Positions 18,465 through 27,561 are shown, counted from the stretch's first letter. The stretch: 39,997 nucleotides of DNA from an uncultured Gammaproteobacteria bacterium (GCA_964636855.1 CAZWVD010000001.1:1-39997); one strand, 5' to 3'. Made by a program: numbers and translations. The notes: generated by a model not told the origin, from the sequence alone.

Positions 18465-19766
18465 ATGGTGGACGCTCAGATTGAGAGGTCTGTTATTTCT
18501 GCAGCAATATCAGATCCTAAAATTATGTATGAAGCCGTGTTATCTTTAAAGCCAGAGTATCTGTCTGATGGGAATGCAAGGACAACGTGGGAATACATAC
18601 AGCCTATAGTAAGAGGTGGCGGTACGGTAGATTGGTTAGATATGAGTTCTAGCGAAAAACTAATGTATTTAGAAGATCCGATTACAAAGAAAGATCTGAT
18701 TGAAGGGGTTGATTATAGTAGCAAATTAGAGTCTATAGTTCAAGACGGAAAGGCATACGAATTATACTCCGTGCTTATTGACCAGACCGTAGATATAAAT
18801 GGAGCTAACTTACAACAGAAATTATCTAACATACAAGAAGCAATATCCAAAGCATATGTAGGAGATGACGATTCTGACAATGTTGATAATCTACTTACAC
18901 TATGGGGAGATTTACATAATCAATTTTCCGAGAACGGTAAGTTGGCCGTGTTTGGTATAAAATCAATAGATTCTGTAGTTGGAGGAATTGCACCTGGATG
19001 GGTGTGTACTGTAGTATCTGCGCCCGGGGTAGGAAAGTCTGCATTGGCAATACAATCGTTTTTAGAATCAATGAAGCTTGGAGTATCATCGGTATTGATC
19101 TCTACGGAAATGTCAAGAGAAGAAAACTTGGCTAGAATGATTGCAAGGGAGTCTGGAGTTGATACAACCAGTTGTATAACGGGGAGATTCTCTGGTCCAG
19201 ACGATGAACGTAAAGCGAAAGAAACTGCTGCTAAAATAGTTGAACTATTAAAATCTACTAAATCTAGAATATATGATAAATATATAAATATAAATGATAT
19301 TGTATGGACATGTAAGTTATGTAAAATGAAGTTAGGTACAAAATATTTTATCATTGACCACATGCATGAAATACAACACGATAAATCTGCCTCTGAATAT
19401 GAAAGGTTAACCTATATAGCAAATGAAATAAAAGTATTGGCAAAGAATGAGAAACTTGCGATAATGTTGCTAGGACAAGTATCTGTATCTTCTAAATCAA
19501 TGAAGGATAGCGACAATATAGATGCTAAAGGTACTGGTGCAGTGAAGGAAAAGGCAACTATGTTTGTTAGGCTTAGAAGAAATACATTAGACCCGCAGGA
19601 CAAGGAATACATGACATTCTCGCTTATAAAAAATAGGTTTGGCTCTACTATGGAACAACCAGTTAAGATAAGCCTTAGGACCGGAAACCTTACTGAGACC
19701 GCATACAGAGTTCCAGAACCAGAAGAGCACTTGGATAGATATAGAAATACTTTTAATGGAATGTAA
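18465..19766 (+). CDS. dnaB: DnaB-like replicative helicase
   Basis: GIKSIDSVVGGIAPGWVCTVVSAPGVGKSALAIQ (Walker A), FIIDHMHE (Walker B-like). Size is 433 aa. Confidence 0.8.
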   Translation: MVDAQIERSVISAAISDPKIMYEAVLSLKPEYLSDGNARTTWEYIQPIVRGGGTVDWLDMSSSEKLMYLEDPITKKDLIEGVDYSSKLESIVQDGKAYELYSVLIDQTVDINGANLQQKLSNIQEAISKAYVGDDDSDNVDNLLTLWGDLHNQFSENGKLAVFGIKSIDSVVGGIAPGWVCTVVSAPGVGKSALAIQSFLESMKLGVSSVLISTEMSREENLARMIARESGVDTTSCITGRFSGPDDERKAKETAAKIVELLKSTKSRIYDKYININDIVWTCKLCKMKLGTKYFIIDHMHEIQHDKSASEYERLTYIANEIKVLAKNEKLAIMLLGQVSVSSKSMKDSDNIDAKGTGAVKEKATMFVRLRRNTLDPQDKEYMTFSLIKNRFGSTMEQPVKISLRTGNLTETAYRVPEPEEHLDRYRNTFNGM

Positions 19767-19768
19767 AC

Positions 19769-20338
19769 ATGGTAGAAAAGGAATGGTATAAAAACGAAGA
19801 CGGTACAATAAACAAAGAGCAGATATCTGTATTGCTTAATGGGTTAAATAGTAATCTAAGGGAATTTATGCTTCAAAGAAATAAACTGGTTAATAAATTT
19901 AATATGGAAAAACGGCTTTCTACAAATCCTGTTAAGAAAGACTTGATTGGCATAGAATTTGGTGCGTATTCTGATAAAGATGGCATAGGTTGGCTTAACA
20001 ATAGAATTGAATCAATCAGAAAAGATATTAAGTTCTTGACTAAAGAAGTAGTTAGTCCAAATAGAATAGATAGAATAGATTTTAACGCACTAAAATGTGT
20101 AGACCCAGAACCAATATTACAATCATTTAACATCCAATTTAAGCGGGGTCATAACTTACTAATGATTAATTGTCCGTTTCATAATGAAAAGACTGCATCA
20201 TGTGCAGTTTATAGCGGAAATAGAAACGGATTTTATTGTTTTGGATGTGGGGCGAGTGGAGATATAATAACATTCGTATCAAAGATAACCGGAAAAAATG
20301 CAGTAGACTCCGCAAAATACATAAAACAGTTGACATAG
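19769..20338 (+). CDS. primase-type CHC2 zinc-finger protein (no TOPRIM domain)
   Basis: CPFHNEKTASCAVY...FYCFGCGASGDIITF near the C-terminus. Only 189 aa. Confidence 0.7.
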   Translation: MVEKEWYKNEDGTINKEQISVLLNGLNSNLREFMLQRNKLVNKFNMEKRLSTNPVKKDLIGIEFGAYSDKDGIGWLNNRIESIRKDIKFLTKEVVSPNRIDRIDFNALKCVDPEPILQSFNIQFKRGHNLLMINCPFHNEKTASCAVYSGNRNGFYCFGCGASGDIITFVSKITGKNAVDSAKYIKQLT

Positions 20339-20388
20339 TGTATTGTAATTGATATATTAAATCTAATAAGTTATTATACATAGTATAT

Positions 20389-22236
20389 ATGCCTAGAACA
20401 TTAAGATCAATGGCTCATCCGATTACAACATGTGAATGGGAACCGTTCGCTATCAATATGGAAGCACTGTCTTCGCTAACTAGAACCAGTTTAGACCTTG
20501 AAGATAATTTTATTGGAACAGCTGAAACACTTATTAATCAATATCGCGGATATAGCAAATCTGAATCAGAAATTAACCGTGTCAAAAATGAAAGTAAAAG
20601 AAGGTGTATAGATGCCAAGGGTATAATAGACTTTGCTTATTCAAAAATTAACGAGTCTACGTCAATTTGTTTTAAGATTTCAGATGCTATTTACCAAGGA
20701 AATAGATTGTATATAAATATAACATCCAATAATGCCGAACTTAAAAATATGGCAATTGATTTAGTCCAATCATATTACGCTGGTGTAGTTATAAAATGGG
20801 GAGATAGAATAATCAGCAATGCTGATTATGAGTTAAGTTCTGCGATTGGAAATCAGATAGTATCACGGGATAATAACTTCTTTAACTTGAGAATTAGAAT
20901 AATTCCAAGTCTAAATATGAAAGTAATTAAAAATTATCTAGAAAAACTATATAATAATTGTAATCGTGAATATTTAAATGTATGTGGGGAATGTAAGGCA
21001 AAGTTTATGTCTAATAATAATGTAAGGTCAATTGATAATGATTTACCAATTTGCAATCAATGTTTGTCTAGAATGGACAGGGTTCTTACTAGTGACATGA
21101 AATTAGCCGTTGTTTCAAATATCAGAAAAGCTTATAAGAAGATAGGGCTCAAAGATGTAGTATTTAATGGATGTATAATACCTGCTACGTCTGCTGCATC
21201 AGATGCGCTTCCATATACGTGTAAAAGATGTAACATAAAATGTGATTATTTACATACGGACGGATGTTGTTCGGATTGTAATAATAGTGAATGGAGAAGA
21301 ACAATGCATAATATAGATAATGTTACTGGACCAATAGAATTAGATAGTGTTTTAGATAATGATTTTCTGTATGGCTTCGAAGTAGAGATGGAATCAAATG
21401 GAAGAGTATCATTTAATAAAAAGAATTTGGATATTATAAATAACCTGTGTTCGATTGAGCATGACGGAAGTTTAAGTAACGGAATAGAAATTACTACTCC
21501 CCCTATTACAGGAAAAAATGGAGAGGATTTATTAAACGGTGTATATTCTGACTTGCGTGGATTAGGATTTATACCTAAAAAAACGTGTGGTGCACATGTT
21601 CATATATCATATCCTAAACTTACTGAGGAGTTATATCCAAGACTGTATTTTACACTTAAAAATATAGAAAATCTTATATTTGGATTAGTTCCTTCTCACA
21701 GAAAGAAAAATAGATATTCGTATAAATTAGACTTGAATGATAAAAGCAAAAACTTAGAAATATTAGACCAAAAGTCGTTTGACAAGATGTATTACAGTAG
21801 AGATGCGATTTCCGATCCGGAAATAGATAGAATAAAAGGATACAGAAGGCCATCTTGTAGGTATTACTGGGCTAATTTCCACTCATTATATTATAGGGGA
21901 ACGTTCGAAAATAGATTATTAGAAGCTGATTCAACTGCGGAAACTTCTATTTTATGGGCAAGGCTTAATAGTGATATTATTAAATGGGTATGTAGTGATA
22001 AATTTAGCAAAGACAAAATTATATCGGTATGTAAAGATGACAATCTTGATAGCCTGATTAAGCTACTAGAAATAATCGGAAATAACAATATGGATTTCTG
22101 GGTAAAGAGATTTAAAGAATATTGCGGTAAAACTTGCAATGAAAGCAATAGAGAACACCCCGTAAGTATGAATAACGGGCGTTTGACAGCCGCAGATAAT
22201 GGAGAATTGGTGTGGTACGTTAATCCGTGGATATAA
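20389..22236 (+). CDS. amidoligase (GS-like COOH-NH2 ligase, Amidoligase_2-type) with N-terminal extension and two zinc ribbons
   Basis: YGFEVEME, IEHDGSLSNGIEITTPPITG, CGAHVHISY, YYRGTFENRL. CGEC-x19-CNQC and CKRC-x12-CSDC. Confidence 0.7.
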   Translation: MPRTLRSMAHPITTCEWEPFAINMEALSSLTRTSLDLEDNFIGTAETLINQYRGYSKSESEINRVKNESKRRCIDAKGIIDFAYSKINESTSICFKISDAIYQGNRLYINITSNNAELKNMAIDLVQSYYAGVVIKWGDRIISNADYELSSAIGNQIVSRDNNFFNLRIRIIPSLNMKVIKNYLEKLYNNCNREYLNVCGECKAKFMSNNNVRSIDNDLPICNQCLSRMDRVLTSDMKLAVVSNIRKAYKKIGLKDVVFNGCIIPATSAASDALPYTCKRCNIKCDYLHTDGCCSDCNNSEWRRTMHNIDNVTGPIELDSVLDNDFLYGFEVEMESNGRVSFNKKNLDIINNLCSIEHDGSLSNGIEITTPPITGKNGEDLLNGVYSDLRGLGFIPKKTCGAHVHISYPKLTEELYPRLYFTLKNIENLIFGLVPSHRKKNRYSYKLDLNDKSKNLEILDQKSFDKMYYSRDAISDPEIDRIKGYRRPSCRYYWANFHSLYYRGTFENRLLEADSTAETSILWARLNSDIIKWVCSDKFSKDKIISVCKDDNLDSLIKLLEIIGNNNMDFWVKRFKEYCGKTCNESNREHPVSMNNGRLTAADNGELVWYVNPWI

Positions 22237-22272
22237 ATTAATATATAAATATTAAACAAGAAAGGAATAAAT

Positions 22273-23328
22273 ATGTGTGGAATATGTGGATTTATAACTG
22301 CCAATCCTAGCGTGGAAAACTCTAGGGTATTCAGATACTTGTTAGAAGGAAACTCTGCAAGGGGAACCGACAGTTTTGGAATAGCCAGTCTAGATAATGA
22401 TGGCGAGGTTAATATAATAAAACACCTAGGTTCTTCAAAAAACTGTACTGAAGCAGACTTTGATTATGCTAATACTGCAAAAATATGTATAGGGCATACT
22501 AGGTTAGCAACCCATGGTGCGGTTACAGAAGACAATGCCCATCCTATTAGGTTTAATAACATTATAGGGGTGCACAATGGAGTTATTCAAAACTATTTAG
22601 ATTTAATGCCGGACGCAGAAGTAGACAGTAGTTCTATATTTTATTTATTAGATAAAAATAACGGGGACGCAGAATGTCTGAAAAAGGTTTCTGGTAGTGT
22701 TGCAACTGCATGGATTGATATATGTAATAATTCTCTATCTTTAATAAGAAACTCTAACCCTATTAAGGCGTTTGTTAGTTTTAGAAGCGGAACTATTTTC
22801 TTCTCTAGTCTGGAATTTGATATTTTGGAATGGGAGTGGGCTAGCGGAGGACTTACAGATATGCTAGAAATTTCTATTCCAAGCGATGAACTAATTACAT
22901 TTAGCATGGATAAGGTATTAAGTATTTCTAGGCAAAAGATAAAGCTTGGTTCTAATGTAAAGTCCGAGATGTCTCTTTCTAAGATTTTCAATTCTTCTAA
23001 GAATTTTTCTAAGGTAGAAACTATAAAGCCAATTGGTAGCCTTAAAAAGATGGGTTGGTCTAGAAGAGCTATAAAGGCAGATAAGTGCGGTTATTGTGGA
23101 AATATAATGAAGGAAGAAAGATTCTATATCCCAACGGTTACTACATTACTATGTAAACAATGTATGCTTAAAAAATCTATAGAAGTACAAGTTTCAATTA
23201 ACGATATTTGCAAAGTAGGGGGGTCGAAGAAGGGTTTTATTTATCCCCTATCCGATACCGATTTTGCTTTGTTAAGTAATTATATGTATCAAAATTTTTT
23301 AGACGAAGCACAAATGAATTATTTGTAG
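22273..23328 (+). CDS. class-II (Ntn) glutamine amidotransferase domain protein with C-terminal zinc ribbon
   Basis: MCGICGF (Cys after Met1), HTRLATHG, HNGVIQN, EVDSSSIF. CGYC-x18-CKQC. Confidence 0.8.
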   Translation: MCGICGFITANPSVENSRVFRYLLEGNSARGTDSFGIASLDNDGEVNIIKHLGSSKNCTEADFDYANTAKICIGHTRLATHGAVTEDNAHPIRFNNIIGVHNGVIQNYLDLMPDAEVDSSSIFYLLDKNNGDAECLKKVSGSVATAWIDICNNSLSLIRNSNPIKAFVSFRSGTIFFSSLEFDILEWEWASGGLTDMLEISIPSDELITFSMDKVLSISRQKIKLGSNVKSEMSLSKIFNSSKNFSKVETIKPIGSLKKMGWSRRAIKADKCGYCGNIMKEERFYIPTVTTLLCKQCMLKKSIEVQVSINDICKVGGSKKGFIYPLSDTDFALLSNYMYQNFLDEAQMNYL

Positions 23329-23333
23329 GTATT

Positions 23334-23387
23334 CCCCTTGTACGGCGTACTTGCTTCCCCACATAGAGCAAGTGCGTCGTTTGGGGG
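23334..23387 (+). terminator. long GC-rich imperfect hairpin just after the GATase-1 stop (terminator or structured RNA)
   Basis: 14-bp stem 23342-23355/23367-23380 with two G-U pairs that form only on the + strand, flanked by CCCC/GGGGG. Confidence 0.45.
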
Positions 23388-23636
23388 TTACAGAGCTAGT
23401 TCCATATTATCCTATAGTATTTCTCTATAAGTTCAATATTATATACACAGACGTGTTTTCGACTTATAGTTATCTCACTATTGATAGCATTTTAATAGCA
23501 CCCATGCAACGCTAGAGGATATATTTTACATATCGGACCTATAGTTTTGAACGACAATAAGTTTTACTATAGCTATTTGACCTATTACAGTTCGAAGAGT
23601 AGATTATAAATATCTAAATTTTAATAAGTTTCTTAT

Positions 23637-25139
23637 ATGTGGTTAAATACATATATTAGCAAGCAAGAAAACCCAAAAATCATTGAAAGATTATTTGATG
23701 ATTACGAGTATAATAACAATGCTGAAGCGTATGTGTTAAAGGAGTGGAATAATATTTATAATCTGCGATATGATTCCGTAGATACGTCGCAGATTATGGA
23801 AGTTTCACATCCAAGAAACGGAGATCTAGAAATAATATTTAATTTTTCATACTCTACTAACCCCTTACATAAAATAGTATATAGAAATGTTCCCAGAGAA
23901 TTTTCTACATTAATAAAAGATAGATTTTTGAGAAGAGTAGCAGGCACACGCAAGTGTAAATGTGGAAGAGTAGTCGACCATATATTATCACGCGATTTTA
24001 AATCTGAAACCATTTGTTATCACTGCTATTGCGAAAAAATAAATATAGAACCAAGTCAATTAGTAAATTGTAATTATTGCAATAGAATTTGTGAGCAATC
24101 ACATTGTACTAACGGATTATGTGAGGAATGCTCTAGTAAATATGGCGTATGTTCAAACTGTGGTAGAACCGTTGTAAGAAGCACCCTTCAAGAACGCGGT
24201 GGAAAACTACTTTGCGAGTCGTGCCGATATGTTTCGCTCGGTACTATAATGTCGTCAAATCCTAATGATGACGACGATTTCCCGCCAGTAATTGGCAATG
24301 TAAAAGGATTGTTTACAGACAATAATTATACATATGGTTTTGAGATTGAAAGGGAGCAGACTAGAAAACTTACAACTGACGACGCCGATGCTATGAAAAC
24401 TATTAAGGACTTCACATATTTCACATATGATGGAAGCTTAAGAAATGGGATCGAAGTTGTTACGCTTCCATTTACAGGTCTTAAAGGTGAAAGACTATTC
24501 AAAAAAACATTTGACGTGTTAGATAGTTGCAAATTGAAAGGTGAGGAAACCTGTGGCTTACATTGCCATGTATCCCCAATTGATATAGATAAGCTTGAAA
24601 AATTAAAGACTGACAAGTATCTAAAAAGACTTTACAGACTCTGTTTTTTCATAGAAAGTTCACTAGCAGATATTACAGGGGATAGAATAAATAACAGGTA
24701 TTGTAAATCACTCAGAAAATTATTATCCCCTAAAAAAGCAAGGCAAGTTCCGTTTGATGTTCTATTCTATAATCAATTAGGCTCTTCTACAGATGTTAGA
24801 ACAATTAAATCGGAAATGGAAGCCCTGAAAGAAAATGCCAAATACGGCAAGGAGGAAGGACATCCATCGTGTAGATACCACTGGATCAATTTTCATTCAT
24901 TGTTCTACAGGGGAACGCTTGAAAATAGATTGTGTCCCGCCAACGTAACATATAAACAAGCCTTAGCATGGGCTAGGTTAACAAGCACCATTATAGATAT
25001 AGCACTACTTAGTGATTATAGATGGTATTCAAAAGCTAAACAGTTATCAGTATTTGAAGGCGTTGCCGATCCAGTAACTGTATTTTCAATAATGGGATTG
25101 CCTAAAAATACAACTAATCAACTACTTAGCATGAAATAA
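23637..25139 (+). CDS. amidoligase paralogue 2 with three N-terminal zinc ribbons
   Basis: YGFEIERE, FTYDGSLRNGIEVVTLPFTG, CGLHCHVSP, FYRGTLENRL. CKC-x17-CYHC, CNYC-x13-CEEC, CSNC-x17-CESC. Confidence 0.7.
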   Translation: MWLNTYISKQENPKIIERLFDDYEYNNNAEAYVLKEWNNIYNLRYDSVDTSQIMEVSHPRNGDLEIIFNFSYSTNPLHKIVYRNVPREFSTLIKDRFLRRVAGTRKCKCGRVVDHILSRDFKSETICYHCYCEKINIEPSQLVNCNYCNRICEQSHCTNGLCEECSSKYGVCSNCGRTVVRSTLQERGGKLLCESCRYVSLGTIMSSNPNDDDDFPPVIGNVKGLFTDNNYTYGFEIEREQTRKLTTDDADAMKTIKDFTYFTYDGSLRNGIEVVTLPFTGLKGERLFKKTFDVLDSCKLKGEETCGLHCHVSPIDIDKLEKLKTDKYLKRLYRLCFFIESSLADITGDRINNRYCKSLRKLLSPKKARQVPFDVLFYNQLGSSTDVRTIKSEMEALKENAKYGKEEGHPSCRYHWINFHSLFYRGTLENRLCPANVTYKQALAWARLTSTIIDIALLSDYRWYSKAKQLSVFEGVADPVTVFSIMGLPKNTTNQLLSMK

Positions 25140-25167
25140 ATAGTTTAAGTTATTATAAATAAACACT

Positions 25168-26268
25168 ATGTGCGGAATATCAGGCTTTATATCAAATAGC
25201 CCAAACAGAAAAAACAGGGAAATTTTATTAAACCTATTGTTTAATAATACTGACAGAGGTACGGACAGTTTCGGAGTTTATGGCAGACTTCAAAACGGCA
25301 ACGGATACTTACAGAAAAACAAGGGCAGTGCATTTGATATTAATTTTAATAGTATAAATAAGCTGGACCAAGCGACCCTATGTTTATCCCATACTAGGTT
25401 AGCAACTCATGGAGCTATCACCGCACAAAATGCCCACCCGCTAAAGTTTGGTGATATTATTGGCGTTCATAATGGAATGATAAAAAATGCAGTTGAACTG
25501 TATCCAGAATTAAAAGGCGACGTTGACTCAAAGGCTATATTTAAAACATTAAAAGACAATAACAACGAGTTTAATAGTCTTGAACGATTAGCGGGTTCGA
25601 TGGCTATCGCCTGGACCTTCAATAATAATAAACTTTACTTGGCTAAAAATTCTAACCCTTTAAGCGTAGTCGTTGTGCCAGAACTTAAAACGTTATTCTT
25701 TAGCAGTCAAGACACCCAACTTTATAGTGCTATTATATCTAAAGGCTACGACATTGAATTTGTGCCTATTAAAAAGAATATAGTATACACCATTTATTTT
25801 GACGGTTCAAACGCTTCAATTCCAAAAATTGAGGAGTTTAAACAAAACCTACCAGAGTATAAAAAGTTTGAATGGGATTATAAAAATGATGCATATAAAT
25901 TCTCTGACCATTACGCCAGCCCGCATTATTATAACAGCGAGTGGGAAAATTACGAAGAAACAAAAATACTTATACCTAAAAAGGTTGATATTGATATTTC
26001 AAACGTCAACGTTGAAGATACCGAGGATGAAGAATTTGAAGAATGTTCTTATAATTTCGTTGATGTAATGAGCAAAAAGAATCAATTATGCTTACACTGT
26101 AAGCATTGTGGAAGAAAATGCGAATTTGATAGGTTTTACAATCAAAAAGATGACGAGATTATATGCAGTGACTGTTACGACCTACTATTAGACTCGGGAT
26201 TTGATATGTTACAAATTGGAGTCGTAGACGATCAGAACAAAATGGTAACGTTTTGGAAGCAACTATAG
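25168..26268 (+). CDS. class-II glutamine amidotransferase paralogue 2 with C-terminal zinc ribbon
   Basis: MCGISGF, HTRLATHG, HNGMIKN, DVDSKAIF. CKHC-x18-CSDC. Confidence 0.8.
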   Translation: MCGISGFISNSPNRKNREILLNLLFNNTDRGTDSFGVYGRLQNGNGYLQKNKGSAFDINFNSINKLDQATLCLSHTRLATHGAITAQNAHPLKFGDIIGVHNGMIKNAVELYPELKGDVDSKAIFKTLKDNNNEFNSLERLAGSMAIAWTFNNNKLYLAKNSNPLSVVVVPELKTLFFSSQDTQLYSAIISKGYDIEFVPIKKNIVYTIYFDGSNASIPKIEEFKQNLPEYKKFEWDYKNDAYKFSDHYASPHYYNSEWENYEETKILIPKKVDIDISNVNVEDTEDEEFEECSYNFVDVMSKKNQLCLHCKHCGRKCEFDRFYNQKDDEIICSDCYDLLLDSGFDMLQIGVVDDQNKMVTFWKQL

Positions 26269-26295
26269 CTATTTAATTTTTAATTATATAAATAA

Positions 26296-26448
26296 ATGAA
26301 AAATAGGAATAAACACCCTACAGGAACTGTAGTCACAGTACCTAAAGTTTTGAACGACTCAAAACCGACTCAAAACAAAAAGCCCTTTAAAGGGAGCTTC
26401 AAGACCTTTAAGGAGCTAGCGCAATTCTTAAGCAAAACAATTATTTAA
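26296..26448 (+). CDS. small basic protein (50 aa), hand-called
   Basis: ATG 26296 to TAA 26446-26448, translated as MKNRNKHPTGTVVTVPKVLNDSKPTQNKKPFKGSFKTFKELAQFLSKTII. Below the ORF-track cutoff. Confidence 0.4.
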   Translation: MKNRNKHPTGTVVTVPKVLNDSKPTQNKKPFKGSFKTFKELAQFLSKTII

Positions 26449-26468
26449 TTATAAACAAATCAAATCAA

Positions 26469-26906
26469 ATGACACACGAAGAAGTAAAGCATATCGTTAC
26501 ATACAAATTAATTCCAGAAGCAAACTCACACTTTAAATATAATAGGGTTATCTTTAAACTTACAGACAGTACAGTATTTTCAAGTATTGACAGATCTAAT
26601 AATCAAAGTGATAGCGTACAGGAATTAATCATGTATGTATTAACAGATCTTAGCAAAGTGAATGAAACAGGTGAATGTATTGAAAATAATTTCAAAACAT
26701 TATCTATTTCGAAAATGAAGCCAACTAACCCGAACTGGGTTTTCAATGACAATGCCATTTCAGATCGTGGATATCAAAATCCTATACAATTAAAAGTAGT
26801 ACTTAACCTATCCGATCTTGAGGCTGGATCGCCAGTAGCTGCAGAGTCTAGCGAACAAGGATCAAGTGAAGATAATCAGTATCCTTTTGACGATAGCGAT
26901 TTTTAG
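26469..26906 (+). CDS. hypothetical protein with acidic C-terminal tail (...SSEDNQYPFDDSDF)
   Basis: 145-aa ORF followed by a strong hairpin. Confidence 0.65.
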   Translation: MTHEEVKHIVTYKLIPEANSHFKYNRVIFKLTDSTVFSSIDRSNNQSDSVQELIMYVLTDLSKVNETGECIENNFKTLSISKMKPTNPNWVFNDNAISDRGYQNPIQLKVVLNLSDLEAGSPVAAESSEQGSSEDNQYPFDDSDF

Positions 26907-26913
26907 TAGCTCA

Positions 26914-26940
26914 AATGCAGGGGCAGTCAGCCCCTGCATT
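26914..26940 (+). terminator. GC-rich hairpin terminator
   Basis: aatgcagggg-cagtcag-cccctgcatt, a 10-bp perfect stem 8 nt after the stop. Confidence 0.6.
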
Positions 26941-26967
26941 ATATAATCTATAAATATAATTAATCGC

Positions 26968-27207
26968 ATGACTAATAAAAAGATAACAATTGATTATAAG
27001 GCAGACCAAGCCCCTTCAATTAAAAAGGGTAAAATAGGAAGCAGATATATTATAACCGCTTATTCTGATGATGACAGGCACAAGATAAGGGCCGTATTCT
27101 ACGCCACAAATGCTAAACAAGCCGAGACAAGAGCCATTAACTGGATTCATCACTTACCGTATACTATAACTATAATTTCTAAACTCATAGCAGATGATCA
27201 AAATTAA
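26968..27207 (+). CDS. hypothetical protein (79 aa)
   Basis: ORF on the + strand after the terminator. Confidence 0.55.
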   Translation: MTNKKITIDYKADQAPSIKKGKIGSRYIITAYSDDDRHKIRAVFYATNAKQAETRAINWIHHLPYTITIISKLIADDQN

Positions 27208-27349
27208 ACTATTCAATAGACATTACAATTTGTACGACGAAAACGAGATCAATGTAATAATACCCGCCGAACAACCAAGCCAATTAATATTTGTTAGCAA
27301 CCAGGATCAAGGCACTAATAAACAACACAACAAAACAAAAAAGGACTAG
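27194..27349 (+). CDS. hypothetical small protein (51 aa), hand-called
   Basis: ATG 27194 to TAG 27347-27349. Overlaps the upstream stop and ends inside the bidirectional terminator. Confidence 0.35.
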   Translation: MIKIKLFNRHYNLYDENEINVIIPAEQPSQLIFVSNQDQGTNKQHNKTKKD

Positions 27350-27363
27350 TGTTTACTAGTCCT
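27342..27363. terminator. bidirectional rho-independent-type terminator
   Basis: aggactagt-gttt-actagtcct (9-bp stem) with an A-tract upstream and a T-rich tract downstream, between convergent genes. Confidence 0.6.
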
Positions 27364-27384
27364 TTATATTTATTACAATCTATT

Positions 27385-27543
27385 CTATTGTATTTCTTTA
27401 ATCCTAATATTAATCTGTAGTCCTAAACTCTTTAATCTATCAAAAATTTCTTGAGCCATTGAGCTTGTCATAACCTCATTATTGACTTGCACCGTAGCCT
27501 TGGGAGTTACTAAATAGAATTGGAATATTTTTGTACTTTCCAT
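27385..27543 (-). CDS. hypothetical small protein (52 aa), hand-called
   Basis: MESTKIFQFYLVTPKATVQVNNEVMTSSMAQEIFDRLKSLGLQINIRIKEIQ*. Tightly packed with its neighbours. Confidence 0.45.
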   Translation of the reverse strand: MESTKIFQFYLVTPKATVQVNNEVMTSSMAQEIFDRLKSLGLQINIRIKEIQ

Positions 27544-27561
27544 GTTATTTATATTTAAAAC

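Noticed and set aside
21891-22991. Minus-strand ORFs 21891-22304 and 22641-22991
   Set aside because: They are antisense to the amidoligase and GATase genes.
25799-26068. Alternative-frame + strand ORF inside GATase paralogue 2
   Set aside because: It is embedded out of frame in a gene with clear catalytic motifs.
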